NCBI GenBank assembly: GCA_017302935.1
Contig: JAFLBT010000001.1
Coordinates: forward strand, 15,429-79,428
Length of the DNA stretch: 64,000 nt
Source: Flavobacteriales bacterium
GTDB taxonomy: Bacteria > Bacteroidota > Bacteroidia > Flavobacteriales > Flavobacteriaceae
Reading direction: 5' to 3'
The first letter of the stretch is position 1. Every line of letters starts with the position of its first letter. Shown piece after piece: positions 37,813 through 46,696 of this stretch. A program made the position numbers and the translations under genes. Under the pieces are notes generated by a model. That model was not told the DNA's origin. It saw only the letters and a program-made list of their open reading frames with translations, and made no database searches.

Positions 37813-38826
37813 TTATTCTTGTTTGTACTTTGCCATAAACTCTTCTGCTTTCTCCACCATTTTTCTGCTTCCGCAAAAGAAAGGGACGCGTTGATGCAAT
37901 TCGGTTGGCTGAATTTCCATAATGCGTTGATAACCATCTGATGCTTTTCCACCCGATTGTTCCGCTAAAAAAGCCATTGGATTACATTCATACAGCAAAC
38001 GTAATTTACCGTTCGGTGCTTTTGAACTCGTTGGATAAATATAAATTCCTCCTTTAATCATGTTGCGATGAAAATCGGAAACCAAACTTCCGATATAACG
38101 AGAAGTATACGGACGATCTTCTTCCTCTAACTGACAATATTTGATGTAATCTTTTACCCCTTGCGGAAAATGAACATAATTTCCTTCGTTTATGGAATAG
38201 ATTTTTCCGGTTTCGGCATATGTCATATTCGGATGTGAAAGATAAAAAGTACCAATAGCCGGGTTTAAAGTAAATCCGTTTACACCGTGACCGGTTGTGT
38301 ATACTAACATAGTGGATGTTCCATAAATCACATAACCCGCCGCCACTTGATTCACACCGGGTTGCAGAAAATCCTCCAAAGTTACCGGAGTTCCCACGGG
38401 GGTTTTGCGTCTGAAAACCGAAAAAATGGTTCCCACCGAAACGTTTACATCAATGTTGGATGAACCATCCAAAGGATCCATTAACACCACATATTTATTG
38501 TTGTGTGAGTTATCGCTTCCGGCTACCGTAATAAAATCATCGTTTTCTTCGGAGCCGATTCCACACACAATTTCACGGTTGATAAGGGTTTGAATAAACA
38601 CTTCATTGGCATATACATCCAATTTTTGTTGGTCCTCGCCTTGAATATTTTGTTCACCGGCTGCTCCAACAATATCCACCAATCCGGCTTTATTTACTTT
38701 GTAGTTGACAACTTTTGCAGCTAATCGGATAGAGTTAATGATGCGTGATAATTCTCCGGTTGAATATTGAAATTCTTCTTGTTTCTCGATGATGAATTCA
38801 CCAAGGGTTTTGTTTCTTTCTTCCAT
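37813..38826 (-). CDS. fbp: Fructose-1,6-bisphosphatase class 1
   Basis: [33 protein letters not shown]. Confidence 0.97.
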   Translation of the reverse strand: MEERNKTLGEFIIEKQEEFQYSTGELSRIINSIRLAAKVVNYKVNKAGLVDIVGAAGEQNIQGEDQQKLDVYANEVFIQTLINREIVCGIGSEENDDFITVAGSDNSHNNKYVVLMDPLDGSSNIDVNVSVGTIFSVFRRKTPVGTPVTLEDFLQPGVNQVAAGYVIYGTSTMLVYTTGHGVNGFTLNPAIGTFYLSHPNMTYAETGKIYSINEGNYVHFPQGVKDYIKYCQLEEEDRPYTSRYIGSLVSDFHRNMIKGGIYIYPTSSKAPNGKLRLLYECNPMAFLAEQSGGKASDGYQRIMEIQPTELHQRVPFFCGSRKMVEKAEEFMAKYKQE

Positions 38827-38985
38827 TACGAAAACGTTGTAGTTGTATTAGTGGCACAAATATCGAAATTTTTGTGATACAAATAAGATTATTATTTTGT
38901 TATGTTAAAGAATTGTATTTTTGTGCACGATTATTAGCCTTTACACTAGCTTAACTGCCTTACTAACAAAGATAAGCGTTTCAAA

Positions 38986-39459
38986 ATGAACATCAGAAAA
39001 GGAAAAATAAACGATATGCCAGCCGTTTTAAGCTTGATTCTTGAACTCGCTGTTTTTGAAAAAGAACCGGACGCAGTGGTGGTAACAGTTGCCGATTTAG
39101 AACGTGATGGTTTTGGTGAAAATCCGCTTTTTCACACTTTTGTGGCGGAAATGAATGACGAAATTATTGGCATGGCGTTGTATTATTATCGGTATTCGAC
39201 TTGGAAAGGGAAAACGATTCATTTAGAAGATTTGATCGTGAAAGAAGCTCATCGTGGTACCGGAGCGGGCTTGGCATTGTATACTGAAATCATTAAACAA
39301 GGTAAGAAAGATAATGTTCGACGTCTTGAATGGAATGTATTGGATTGGAATGAACCCGCCATTCGATTTTATGAAAAATCAGGAGCAAAAGTTTTGGAAG
39401 ATTGGCGAGTAGTCCAAATGAATGAAGAAGGAATAAATAGATTTTTGATTGAAGATTAA
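38986..39459 (+). CDS. GNAT family N-acetyltransferase (SSAT-like)
   Basis: YSTWKG, LEDLIV....RG.GAG, NVLDWNEPAI.FY. Confidence 0.92.
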   Translation: MNIRKGKINDMPAVLSLILELAVFEKEPDAVVVTVADLERDGFGENPLFHTFVAEMNDEIIGMALYYYRYSTWKGKTIHLEDLIVKEAHRGTGAGLALYTEIIKQGKKDNVRRLEWNVLDWNEPAIRFYEKSGAKVLEDWRVVQMNEEGINRFLIED

Positions 39460-39521
39460 CGATTTTTGATTTTTGAAATAAAATAAATTGATACATTGCC
39501 ACATCGGCAAATTGACACATT
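39440..39521 (+). repeat. Junction with a GATT heptamer array and an ATTG octamer array
   Basis: GATTTTT GATTGAA GATTAAC GATTTTT GATTTTT, then ATTGATAC ATTGCCAC ATCGGCAA ATTGACAC. Confidence 0.6.
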
Positions 39522-39527
39522 TAAGAC

Positions 39528-40781
39528 ATGAAAATATTCAAATTTGGAGGAGCATCCGTGAAAGATGCTGAAGGTGTAAAAAATGTATTATCCGTTTTGC
39601 AAAAAGTGGGACACGATGATGTGTTGCTCGTGATTTCTGCCATGGGAAAAACCACGAACGCATTGGAAGTTGTGATTAAACATTATTTTGAAAAATCGCC
39701 TGAGTTGAAAGCATCGATTCAGGAAGTGCGAAAATACCACAACCAAATTTTATTAGAACTTTTTGAAGACGACAAACATCCGGTTTTTAGAGCTGTAAAC
39801 GTTCATTTTGAAGAATTAGATTATTTTTTGAGCCACAATAAATCGCCCAACTATAATTTTGTGTATGACCAAGTTGTGAGTTATGGAGAAATTATTTCGA
39901 CCACCATTGTTAGTCATTATTTTAATTATAGTGGACTGAAAAACAATTGGTTAGATGTTCGTCAGTTTATTAAAACCGATGCCACGTATCGTGATGCGAT
40001 TGTGGATTGGGAACAAACGCAAAAATTAATTTCGAAAAATGTGAAGAAAAAAACGTTGAACATTACGCAAGGTTTCTTAGGTTCAGATGAAAATAATTTT
40101 ACGACTACATTAGGTCGTGAAGGTTCGGATTATACCGCCGCTATTTTTGCCTATTGTTTAAATGCCGAAAGTGTAACGATTTGGAAAGACGTGCCGGGTG
40201 TTTTGAATGCTGACCCCAGATATTTTGAAAATGCGATTTTATTGAATCAGATATCTTATCGTGAAGCGATTGAGTTGGCGTTTTACGGTGCTTCTGTGAT
40301 TCACCCCAAAACATTGCAACCGCTTCAAAAAAAGGAAATTCCGTTGTTCGTAAAATCGTTTGTGAATCCGCTTTTGCCGGGAACTAGAGTGTATAAAGGA
40401 GCGGATTTAGAACCGCAAACGTCTTGTTTTATAGTGAAAAAGAATCAATTACTGATTTCGCTTTCGTCGATTGATTTTTCGTTTATTATGGAAGAAAACA
40501 TTAGCGAAATTTTTGCTTTGTTTCATGATTATAAAATAAAAGTAAGTTTGATTCAGAATACCGCCATTAGTTTTTCGGTATGTATTGAAGATAAATTTGG
40601 TAGCTTTCCGGAATTAAAAACCATTCTTTCTAAAAAGTTCAAAGTGGCATATAACGAAAATGTATCGCTTTATACCATTCGTCACTTCACTGAAAAAGCG
40701 GCTCAAATGGTAGAGGAAAATAAAACGGTTTTGGTAAAACAGATTAGTAGAGAAACGTTGCAGGTGGTGACGAAAGAGTAA
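39528..40781 (+). CDS. lysC: Aspartate kinase
   Basis: KFGGASV, VISAMG, TTLGREGSDYTA, WKDVPG..NADP. Confidence 0.93.
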   Translation: MKIFKFGGASVKDAEGVKNVLSVLQKVGHDDVLLVISAMGKTTNALEVVIKHYFEKSPELKASIQEVRKYHNQILLELFEDDKHPVFRAVNVHFEELDYFLSHNKSPNYNFVYDQVVSYGEIISTTIVSHYFNYSGLKNNWLDVRQFIKTDATYRDAIVDWEQTQKLISKNVKKKTLNITQGFLGSDENNFTTTLGREGSDYTAAIFAYCLNAESVTIWKDVPGVLNADPRYFENAILLNQISYREAIELAFYGASVIHPKTLQPLQKKEIPLFVKSFVNPLLPGTRVYKGADLEPQTSCFIVKKNQLLISLSSIDFSFIMEENISEIFALFHDYKIKVSLIQNTAISFSVCIEDKFGSFPELKTILSKKFKVAYNENVSLYTIRHFTEKAAQMVEENKTVLVKQISRETLQVVTKE

Positions 40782-40903
40782 TTCTAATCTTTCTTTAGTT
40801 CTAAGTTTACTTGTAATTGTATAGTAAACTTCGAATAATCTGTTCTTATTGATTTTTACCCCCTCAAAAATACTACTTTTGAGTTTTTAGAGTTAGTATA
40901 TCT

Positions 40904-43900
40904 ATGTTGAAAAATTGCTTTTTAGGGATGTTGTTGCTCTTGGTTTCCGGGTTGTGGGCTCAGGAAAGCGAAACACCTTATAAAAAGAAAAAAATTACCG
41001 TTTCAACCGATACCATTTCGCTTGAAAAAGTGAGTATTAACAAAGAGTTTTTTAAAATTTTGGATGGAAATGGCAATCCGATTGACACAACTTTTTACAA
41101 CGTAAACTTTCAAAAAGGAAAACTTGTTTTTAAAAATAATTATCAATCTAACGACACATTAACAGTTCGTTACCTCACTTTTCCTGACTATTTAACCAAA
41201 ACCTATAGCGTTTACGATGAAAGTAAGGTCGTTCCCAACTCCAGAGGAAACGGTCAATTGTATTCGCTTTCTAAGGATCGAGTCAATAATTTTAAACCGT
41301 TTGACGGACTCACTACTTCAGGAAGCATCACACGAGGTGTAACCATTGGAAACAATCAAAATGCAGTAGTAAACTCCAATTTAGATTTGCAAATCACAGG
41401 AAAACTGTCAGATAAAGTGAGTTTGCGGGCTTCTATTCAAGACAGTAATATTCCGTTGCAAGAAGGCGGTTATTCACAAAAATTAGATGAATTTGATCAG
41501 ATTTTTATCGAATTATATTCTGATAAATGGAACATTCGTGCCGGAGATTTATTTTTAGAAAACAGACAATCTCGTTTTTTAAATTTCAACAAAAAAGTAC
41601 AAGGTTTATCTACACAATTTCGCTTGGGCGAAGAAGGAAACAGAACCACCATTTTTGCTTCGGCTGCATTGGTTCGTGGTCAATATGCCAAAAGCACTTT
41701 TGTGGGTCAGGAAGGAAATCAAGGTCCGTATAAATTGCGAGGTAATAATGGCGAATTGTATGTTTTGGTTATTTCGGGTTCCGAACGGGTTTTTGTGAAT
41801 GGTGTTCTGCTTCAACGTGGCGAAAACAATCACTACACAATTGATTACAATGCCGGAGAAGTTACGTTTACTTCGCTTTTTCCCATTAATTCCGAAATGC
41901 GGATTAACATTGAATACCAATATTCTGATCGAAGTTTTACAAGGTTTGTTACTTATGGAGGCGTAACGCATGAACGTGAAAAATGGAGCATTGGCGGATT
42001 CATTTATTCTGAAAATGATGTCAAAAATCAGCCTTTACAACAAGATTTGTCGCAAGAACAAGTTGAAGTTTTACAAAATGCCGGCGATAATATCAATCTT
42101 ATGAATGCTCCATCTGCTTTTGTCGATTCATTTTCGGAAAACAAAGTTTTGTACCGAAAAACACTCATTTCAGGTGTGGAAGTATTTGAATTTTCTAATA
42201 ATCCGGAAGAAGTTTTATACAATGTTCGTTTTTCATTGGTGGGAAATAATCAAGGAAATTACATCTTAGCCAACAACCAAGCTGTAGGAAGAATTTATCA
42301 GTATGTTGAACCTTTAAATGGTATTCCACAAGGGAATTTTGAACCGATTATTCGACTGATTGCTCCAACCAAAATTCAAATTGCCACGGTGATGGGAAAA
42401 TATAATCCGTCTGACAAAACCAATATTGATTTTGAAATTGGAATGAGCAATAACGATTTGAATTTATATTCCAACCTTGATAACGACGACAATCAAGGAT
42501 TTGCCGGAAGAATAAATGCCAATCAACGCCTTTTTACCAAAAAATGGACATTGGATGCCTTTGCAAATGTGCAATTTATACAAAAAGATTTCAGAACCAT
42601 TGAACGATTATTTACGATAGAATTTGATCGCGATTGGAATTTAACTTCTCCAATCGGTAATCAGAGTTTGGTTATTTCCGGTTTGCGATGGAACGATACT
42701 GAAAAAGGTTTTGCCACTTATCAATTAGAAAAATTAGACTTTTCCGATAATTTTTCCGGAATCCGACATGTGTTGAATGGACGATTTCGGCATAAAAACT
42801 GGACCATTTCCAACAACAGTAGTGTGATGAAAAGCGATGGTTCTGTTGCCAATTCCACTTTTGCCCGAAGCGAAACCTTAGCCAAATATGATTGGAAGAA
42901 AAATTGGGTCGGAGGAAGCCTTCGATTAGAAGACAATAGCGAAAAAATAAACGCCACTAACACGTTTTCACAACTTAGTCAGCGTTTTGTGGAATATGGT
43001 GGTTTTGTGGGAAGAGGTGATTCTACTAAAGTTTATATGGAAGTTGGCTATTTGCATCGCGTGAACGACAGTTTACAAAACGGTTTTGTGCAACGAGTGA
43101 ATCGTTCACATTCGTATTATTTAAAATCAAGGTTATTACAAACCGAAAAAAGTGATTTGAGCGTTTTTATCAATTATAGAAATTTAGAATTTGAAGACAA
43201 AACGCGTCCAAACGAACCTTCGTTGAATTCACGAATTTTGTATAACGATCGTTTTTTCAAACAATTGCTTTTGCTCACAACGGCTTATGAAACTGCTTCA
43301 GGAACCTTGCCACAACAAGAATTCACTTATTTGGAAGTAGAACCCGGTCAAGGTGTTTTTATGTGGAATGACTATAACGGCAACGGAATTCAAGAACTGC
43401 AGGAATTTGAAATTGCTCCGTTTCCCGACCAAGCTAAATATGTTCGGGTATTTTTGCCCAACCAAGTTTTTGTAAAAACCCATCAAAATAAATTTTCGGT
43501 TTCGCTTACGCTGAATCCATCCATTTGGCAGAATGAAACAGGATTTAAAAAGTTTTTGTCTTATTTCTACAACCAAACATCATATTTAATCGACCGAAAA
43601 ATTGAACGTAATTCGGATAATTTCAACCTCAATCCGTTTGATGATGATGAATCAGAATTATTAGGATTGAATTCCAGTTTCATGAATAGTTTTTTCTACA
43701 ATCGAGGCAAACAAAAACATTCGGTTACCTATACGATTTTAAATAGTAGAACCCGCAATTTATTATCGATTGGATCGCAAGAAAACATCAATTTTGCTCA
43801 TCAATTGCAATATGCTCATTTGCTAAAAAAGAGTTGGCTGTTTGCCATGTCCGGAAAAACATTTACCACCGAAAGTATTTCTGATAATTTTCCGGCACGT

Positions 43901-44311
43901 AATTTTGATATTTTAGGCTATCAAATGGCTCCAAAAGTGAGTTATTTATTTTCAAAAAACACGAGCTTAGATGTGTTTTTTGAAGTGCAAAACAAAGAAA
44001 ACCAATTAGGCAATAGCGAAACCCTGAACCAAAGCAGATTAGGAACTTCGTTCACCTATGCGGGGGAAAATAAATTCACCATGAACGGCGAATTTTCACT
44101 TTACAACAATGATTTTACAGGCGATGCTTTATCCGCAGTGGGTTTTCAAATGCTAGAAGGACTTCAACCGGGAAGAAATCAAACCTGGCGATTACTCATC
44201 CAAAAAAACCTGACACAATATTTAGATGTGAATATCAATTACCAAGGAAGAAAAAGCGAAACCAGTGATACGATTCACACGGGAAGTATCCAGTTACGAG
44301 CATTTTTTTAA
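40904..44311 (+). CDS. Large (1135 aa) predicted outer-membrane beta-barrel protein of unknown function
   Basis: Signal peptide, amphipathic strands over about 800 aa, C-terminal QLRAFF beta-signal. Confidence 0.75.
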   Translation: MLKNCFLGMLLLLVSGLWAQESETPYKKKKITVSTDTISLEKVSINKEFFKILDGNGNPIDTTFYNVNFQKGKLVFKNNYQSNDTLTVRYLTFPDYLTKTYSVYDESKVVPNSRGNGQLYSLSKDRVNNFKPFDGLTTSGSITRGVTIGNNQNAVVNSNLDLQITGKLSDKVSLRASIQDSNIPLQEGGYSQKLDEFDQIFIELYSDKWNIRAGDLFLENRQSRFLNFNKKVQGLSTQFRLGEEGNRTTIFASAALVRGQYAKSTFVGQEGNQGPYKLRGNNGELYVLVISGSERVFVNGVLLQRGENNHYTIDYNAGEVTFTSLFPINSEMRINIEYQYSDRSFTRFVTYGGVTHEREKWSIGGFIYSENDVKNQPLQQDLSQEQVEVLQNAGDNINLMNAPSAFVDSFSENKVLYRKTLISGVEVFEFSNNPEEVLYNVRFSLVGNNQGNYILANNQAVGRIYQYVEPLNGIPQGNFEPIIRLIAPTKIQIATVMGKYNPSDKTNIDFEIGMSNNDLNLYSNLDNDDNQGFAGRINANQRLFTKKWTLDAFANVQFIQKDFRTIERLFTIEFDRDWNLTSPIGNQSLVISGLRWNDTEKGFATYQLEKLDFSDNFSGIRHVLNGRFRHKNWTISNNSSVMKSDGSVANSTFARSETLAKYDWKKNWVGGSLRLEDNSEKINATNTFSQLSQRFVEYGGFVGRGDSTKVYMEVGYLHRVNDSLQNGFVQRVNRSHSYYLKSRLLQTEKSDLSVFINYRNLEFEDKTRPNEPSLNSRILYNDRFFKQLLLLTTAYETASGTLPQQEFTYLEVEPGQGVFMWNDYNGNGIQELQEFEIAPFPDQAKYVRVFLPNQVFVKTHQNKFSVSLTLNPSIWQNETGFKKFLSYFYNQTSYLIDRKIERNSDNFNLNPFDDDESELLGLNSSFMNSFFYNRGKQKHSVTYTILNSRTRNLLSIGSQENINFAHQLQYAHLLKKSWLFAMSGKTFTTESISDNFPARNFDILGYQMAPKVSYLFSKNTSLDVFFEVQNKENQLGNSETLNQSRLGTSFTYAGENKFTMNGEFSLYNNDFTGDALSAVGFQMLEGLQPGRNQTWRLLIQKNLTQYLDVNINYQGRKSETSDTIHTGSIQLRAFF

Positions 44312-44379
44312 ACCAATTTGTTAAAAATAAAAGCGTTTCTTTTTAAATGATTATATTTGAATGGATAAAAACGAATGTT

Positions 44380-44955
44380 ATGCAATCAAAATCGATACTA
44401 CTTTTCCTTTTGGGAAGTTCACTTTTTTTCACTTCCTGTAAAAAAACAGAGGAAGCACCGGCTTCAACAGAACAAAAAACAGAAACAACGGCGAAGGAAA
44501 CACCGGCTTCAAATGAAGTTTCCAATATAACCACCACTCCGGCTCCGGCAGCAACGCAAACGGCTACTCCGGCAGGGCAACCACCAAAATTAAATCCGCC
44601 ACATGGGCAACCTTTTCACCGCTGTGAAATTGCCGTTGGAGCACCTTTAGATGGTTCCGCACCGGCACAAGGACAAGGAGCAACGCCACCTCCGGCTCCT
44701 GCTCAACAAAATGCCCCGAAATCATTTTTTAAAACCGTTCAAAGTCAGCAACAAACTAGCTCAACTCAGCCTGTAGCAGCTGCTCCAACACCACAAGCAA
44801 CACAAACAACGCAAACAGTACAACCAAAACCGACTCCCACTCCGGCACCAACCACCGCAAAAGCGGATGGCCCAAGACCAAAAAACAATCCACCTCATGG
44901 TCAACCGCATCACCGATGTGATATTAAAGTGGGTGATCCGTTACCGGATGCATAA
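44380..44955 (+). CDS. Lipoprotein with two NPPHGQPxHRCxIxVG motifs in a Pro/Thr/Gln-rich backbone
   Basis: Lipobox FTSC. Motifs at 44593-44649 and 44887-44943. Confidence 0.8.
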   Translation: MQSKSILLFLLGSSLFFTSCKKTEEAPASTEQKTETTAKETPASNEVSNITTTPAPAATQTATPAGQPPKLNPPHGQPFHRCEIAVGAPLDGSAPAQGQGATPPPAPAQQNAPKSFFKTVQSQQQTSSTQPVAAAPTPQATQTTQTVQPKPTPTPAPTTAKADGPRPKNNPPHGQPHHRCDIKVGDPLPDA

Positions 44956-44996
44956 TAAAATTATTCTACTGATTAGCGTATAAATAATTAATTAAA

Positions 44997-45031
44997 AAAA
45001 CTCCGTAAAGTCAAAATCTTGACGGAGTTTT
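44997..45031. terminator. Bidirectional terminator
   Basis: AAAACTCCGT ... ACGGAGTTTT. Confidence 0.7.
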
Positions 45032-45059
45032 ATTTTGAAAAAAAATCAAAATCTATAAT

Positions 45060-45521
45060 CTAAAAACTTTCTGAAAATTTAAATAATCCTTTTAGATTTT
45101 CTTCTTTTTCTTTGAAGACAACCGGAACGGTTTGATTACCAAGTCTAAACTCCTTAATTTCACTTTTTGATAATTTTGTATACAATTCCGGGGTTAAGAT
45201 AATGCTTCCCATTAAATTAAATTTTCTTGTTTCCGATGGAGTACAATTGACTTCCAAATTATCAAATTTCAAAACTTCTCCATCTGAAAGAGTTAGTTCG
45301 ATACCATAACCATCGGGACATCTCTTTGATTCTGTTTTTAACACCAAACTAATTTCGTTGAGGGTAGAAGATTTGTATTTTGAAATGATGATGGAACTGT
45401 TTTCCTGTATAAGTTGCGATTCATAATCGTGTTGATATAAAGGATCTCTTTGCTCAACTTTGGTTTGACCAAAACAACTTAGATGAATAAAAAACATTAG
45501 GATAATTATCTGTACTTTCAT
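45060..45521 (-). CDS. Hypothetical exported protein
   Basis: 153-aa ORF with a hydrophobic N-terminus (SCFGQ), AT-rich, no family recognised. Confidence 0.65.
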   Translation of the reverse strand: MKVQIIILMFFIHLSCFGQTKVEQRDPLYQHDYESQLIQENSSIIISKYKSSTLNEISLVLKTESKRCPDGYGIELTLSDGEVLKFDNLEVNCTPSETRKFNLMGSIILTPELYTKLSKSEIKEFRLGNQTVPVVFKEKEENLKGLFKFSESF

Positions 45522-45765
45522 GATATTTCAATTTTAAGGTTTTGAAAACAATAAATAAAGAGTTAAATGCTATTTTAATTTAACGAATTAGGTATGGATT
45601 TAGTATACTAGTTTCTCAATCTCAATAAGTATAAAAATTGGGGAGTTTTTATGGAAAACTGTTGTAAACTCTCAGATAGCGGTTTTCTATTTTTCAATGA
45701 AATGCCTCTATTAATGCCCCTAAAAACACAAAACCTCGTAAATAAAGACTTTACGAGGTTATTAG

Positions 45766-45839
45766 TGGAGAAGATGGGGCTCGAACCCACGACCTTTTGG
45801 CTGCCAGCCAAACGCTCTAGCCAACTGAGCTACATCCCC
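45766..45839 (-). tRNA. tRNA-Ala (GGC)
   Basis: GGGGATGTAGCTCAGTTGGCTAGAGCG-TTTGG CTGGCAG CCAAA-AGGTC GTGGGTTCGAGCCCCAT CTTCTCCA. G3:U70 alanine identity pair present. Confidence 0.96.
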
Positions 45840-45961
45840 AAAACGATGGCAAATTTAAGTAAATTTATTTTATTTATTCTCTTTTCTGTTTTTAATTTTT
45901 CTGAGGCATCAATTGTACTTTATTTTGTAATTTTGTTCTGATTCTTTTACTAAAATCGAAA

Positions 45962-46138
45962 ATGAAAAACTTGCTTTTATTCGTTCAAGCTGTTGATATT
46001 GAAGATAAACTAAAAAATGCTCCTGATGATTCCTATCAAATTGGTTTGATCATTGGCTCATTTATTCCTTTTATTGTGTTGGTGGGAATTGCCTATTGGA
46101 TGTATTATGCGGCAAAAAAAAGAGAAAATAAATCCTAG
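45962..46138 (+). CDS. Small single-TM membrane protein (58 aa; absent from ORF track)
   Basis: MKNLLLFVQAVDIEDKLKNAPDDSYQIGLIIGSFIPFIVLVGIAYWMYYAAKKRENKS*. Confidence 0.7.
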   Translation: MKNLLLFVQAVDIEDKLKNAPDDSYQIGLIIGSFIPFIVLVGIAYWMYYAAKKRENKS

Positions 46139-46171
46139 CATTACCTATCTTTGTGCCGAAATAAATGTGAA

Positions 46172-46624
46172 ATGGCAAAAATCAGAATTACCAAACAATT
46201 TAGTTTTGAAACCGGACATGCTTTATACGGTTATGATGGAAAATGTAAAAATGTACACGGCCACAGTTATAAACTTTCCGTGACGGTTATTGGAACACCA
46301 ATTGTTGATTCTACGAATGTGAAATTTGGCATGGTCATCGATTTTGGCGATTTAAAAAAAATCGTGAAAGAGGAAATTGTTGACCTATTTGATCATGCAA
46401 CCGTTTTTAATCAAAATACACCACATATTGAATTGGCTAAAGAGCTAAAAAATCGTGGCCATCATGTTATTTTAGTAAACTACCAACCAACCAGTGAAAA
46501 TATGGTGATTGATTTTGCAGAAAAGATTAAAAATCGACTTCCAAAATCAATTGAATTACATTCTTTAAAATTACAAGAAACTGAATCTTCATTTGCAGAG
46601 TGGTATGCAACTGATAATTCTTAA
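46172..46624 (+). CDS. queD: 6-carboxy-5,6,7,8-tetrahydropterin synthase
   Basis: F.FETGHAL, CKNVHGHSY, MVIDFGDLK, PTSEN. TATCTTTG promoter at 46146-46153. Confidence 0.92.
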   Translation: MAKIRITKQFSFETGHALYGYDGKCKNVHGHSYKLSVTVIGTPIVDSTNVKFGMVIDFGDLKKIVKEEIVDLFDHATVFNQNTPHIELAKELKNRGHHVILVNYQPTSENMVIDFAEKIKNRLPKSIELHSLKLQETESSFAEWYATDNS

Positions 46625-46643
46625 CGTATTTTTATATATACAA

Positions 46644-46679
46644 AAAACCTCGGATTCCCTTTAGAAAATCCGAGGTTTT
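46644..46679. terminator. Bidirectional terminator
   Basis: AAAACCTCGGATT ... AATCCGAGGTTTT. Confidence 0.8.
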
Positions 46680-46696
46680 ATAATTCTAAAATAACC

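Noticed and set aside
45608-45941. Two short ORFs across the tRNA
   Set aside because: They are shadows of tRNA-Ala and its flanks.
46139-46171. preQ1 riboswitch before queD
   Set aside because: The leader is too short and no preQ1 stem or A-rich tail pattern is recognisable.
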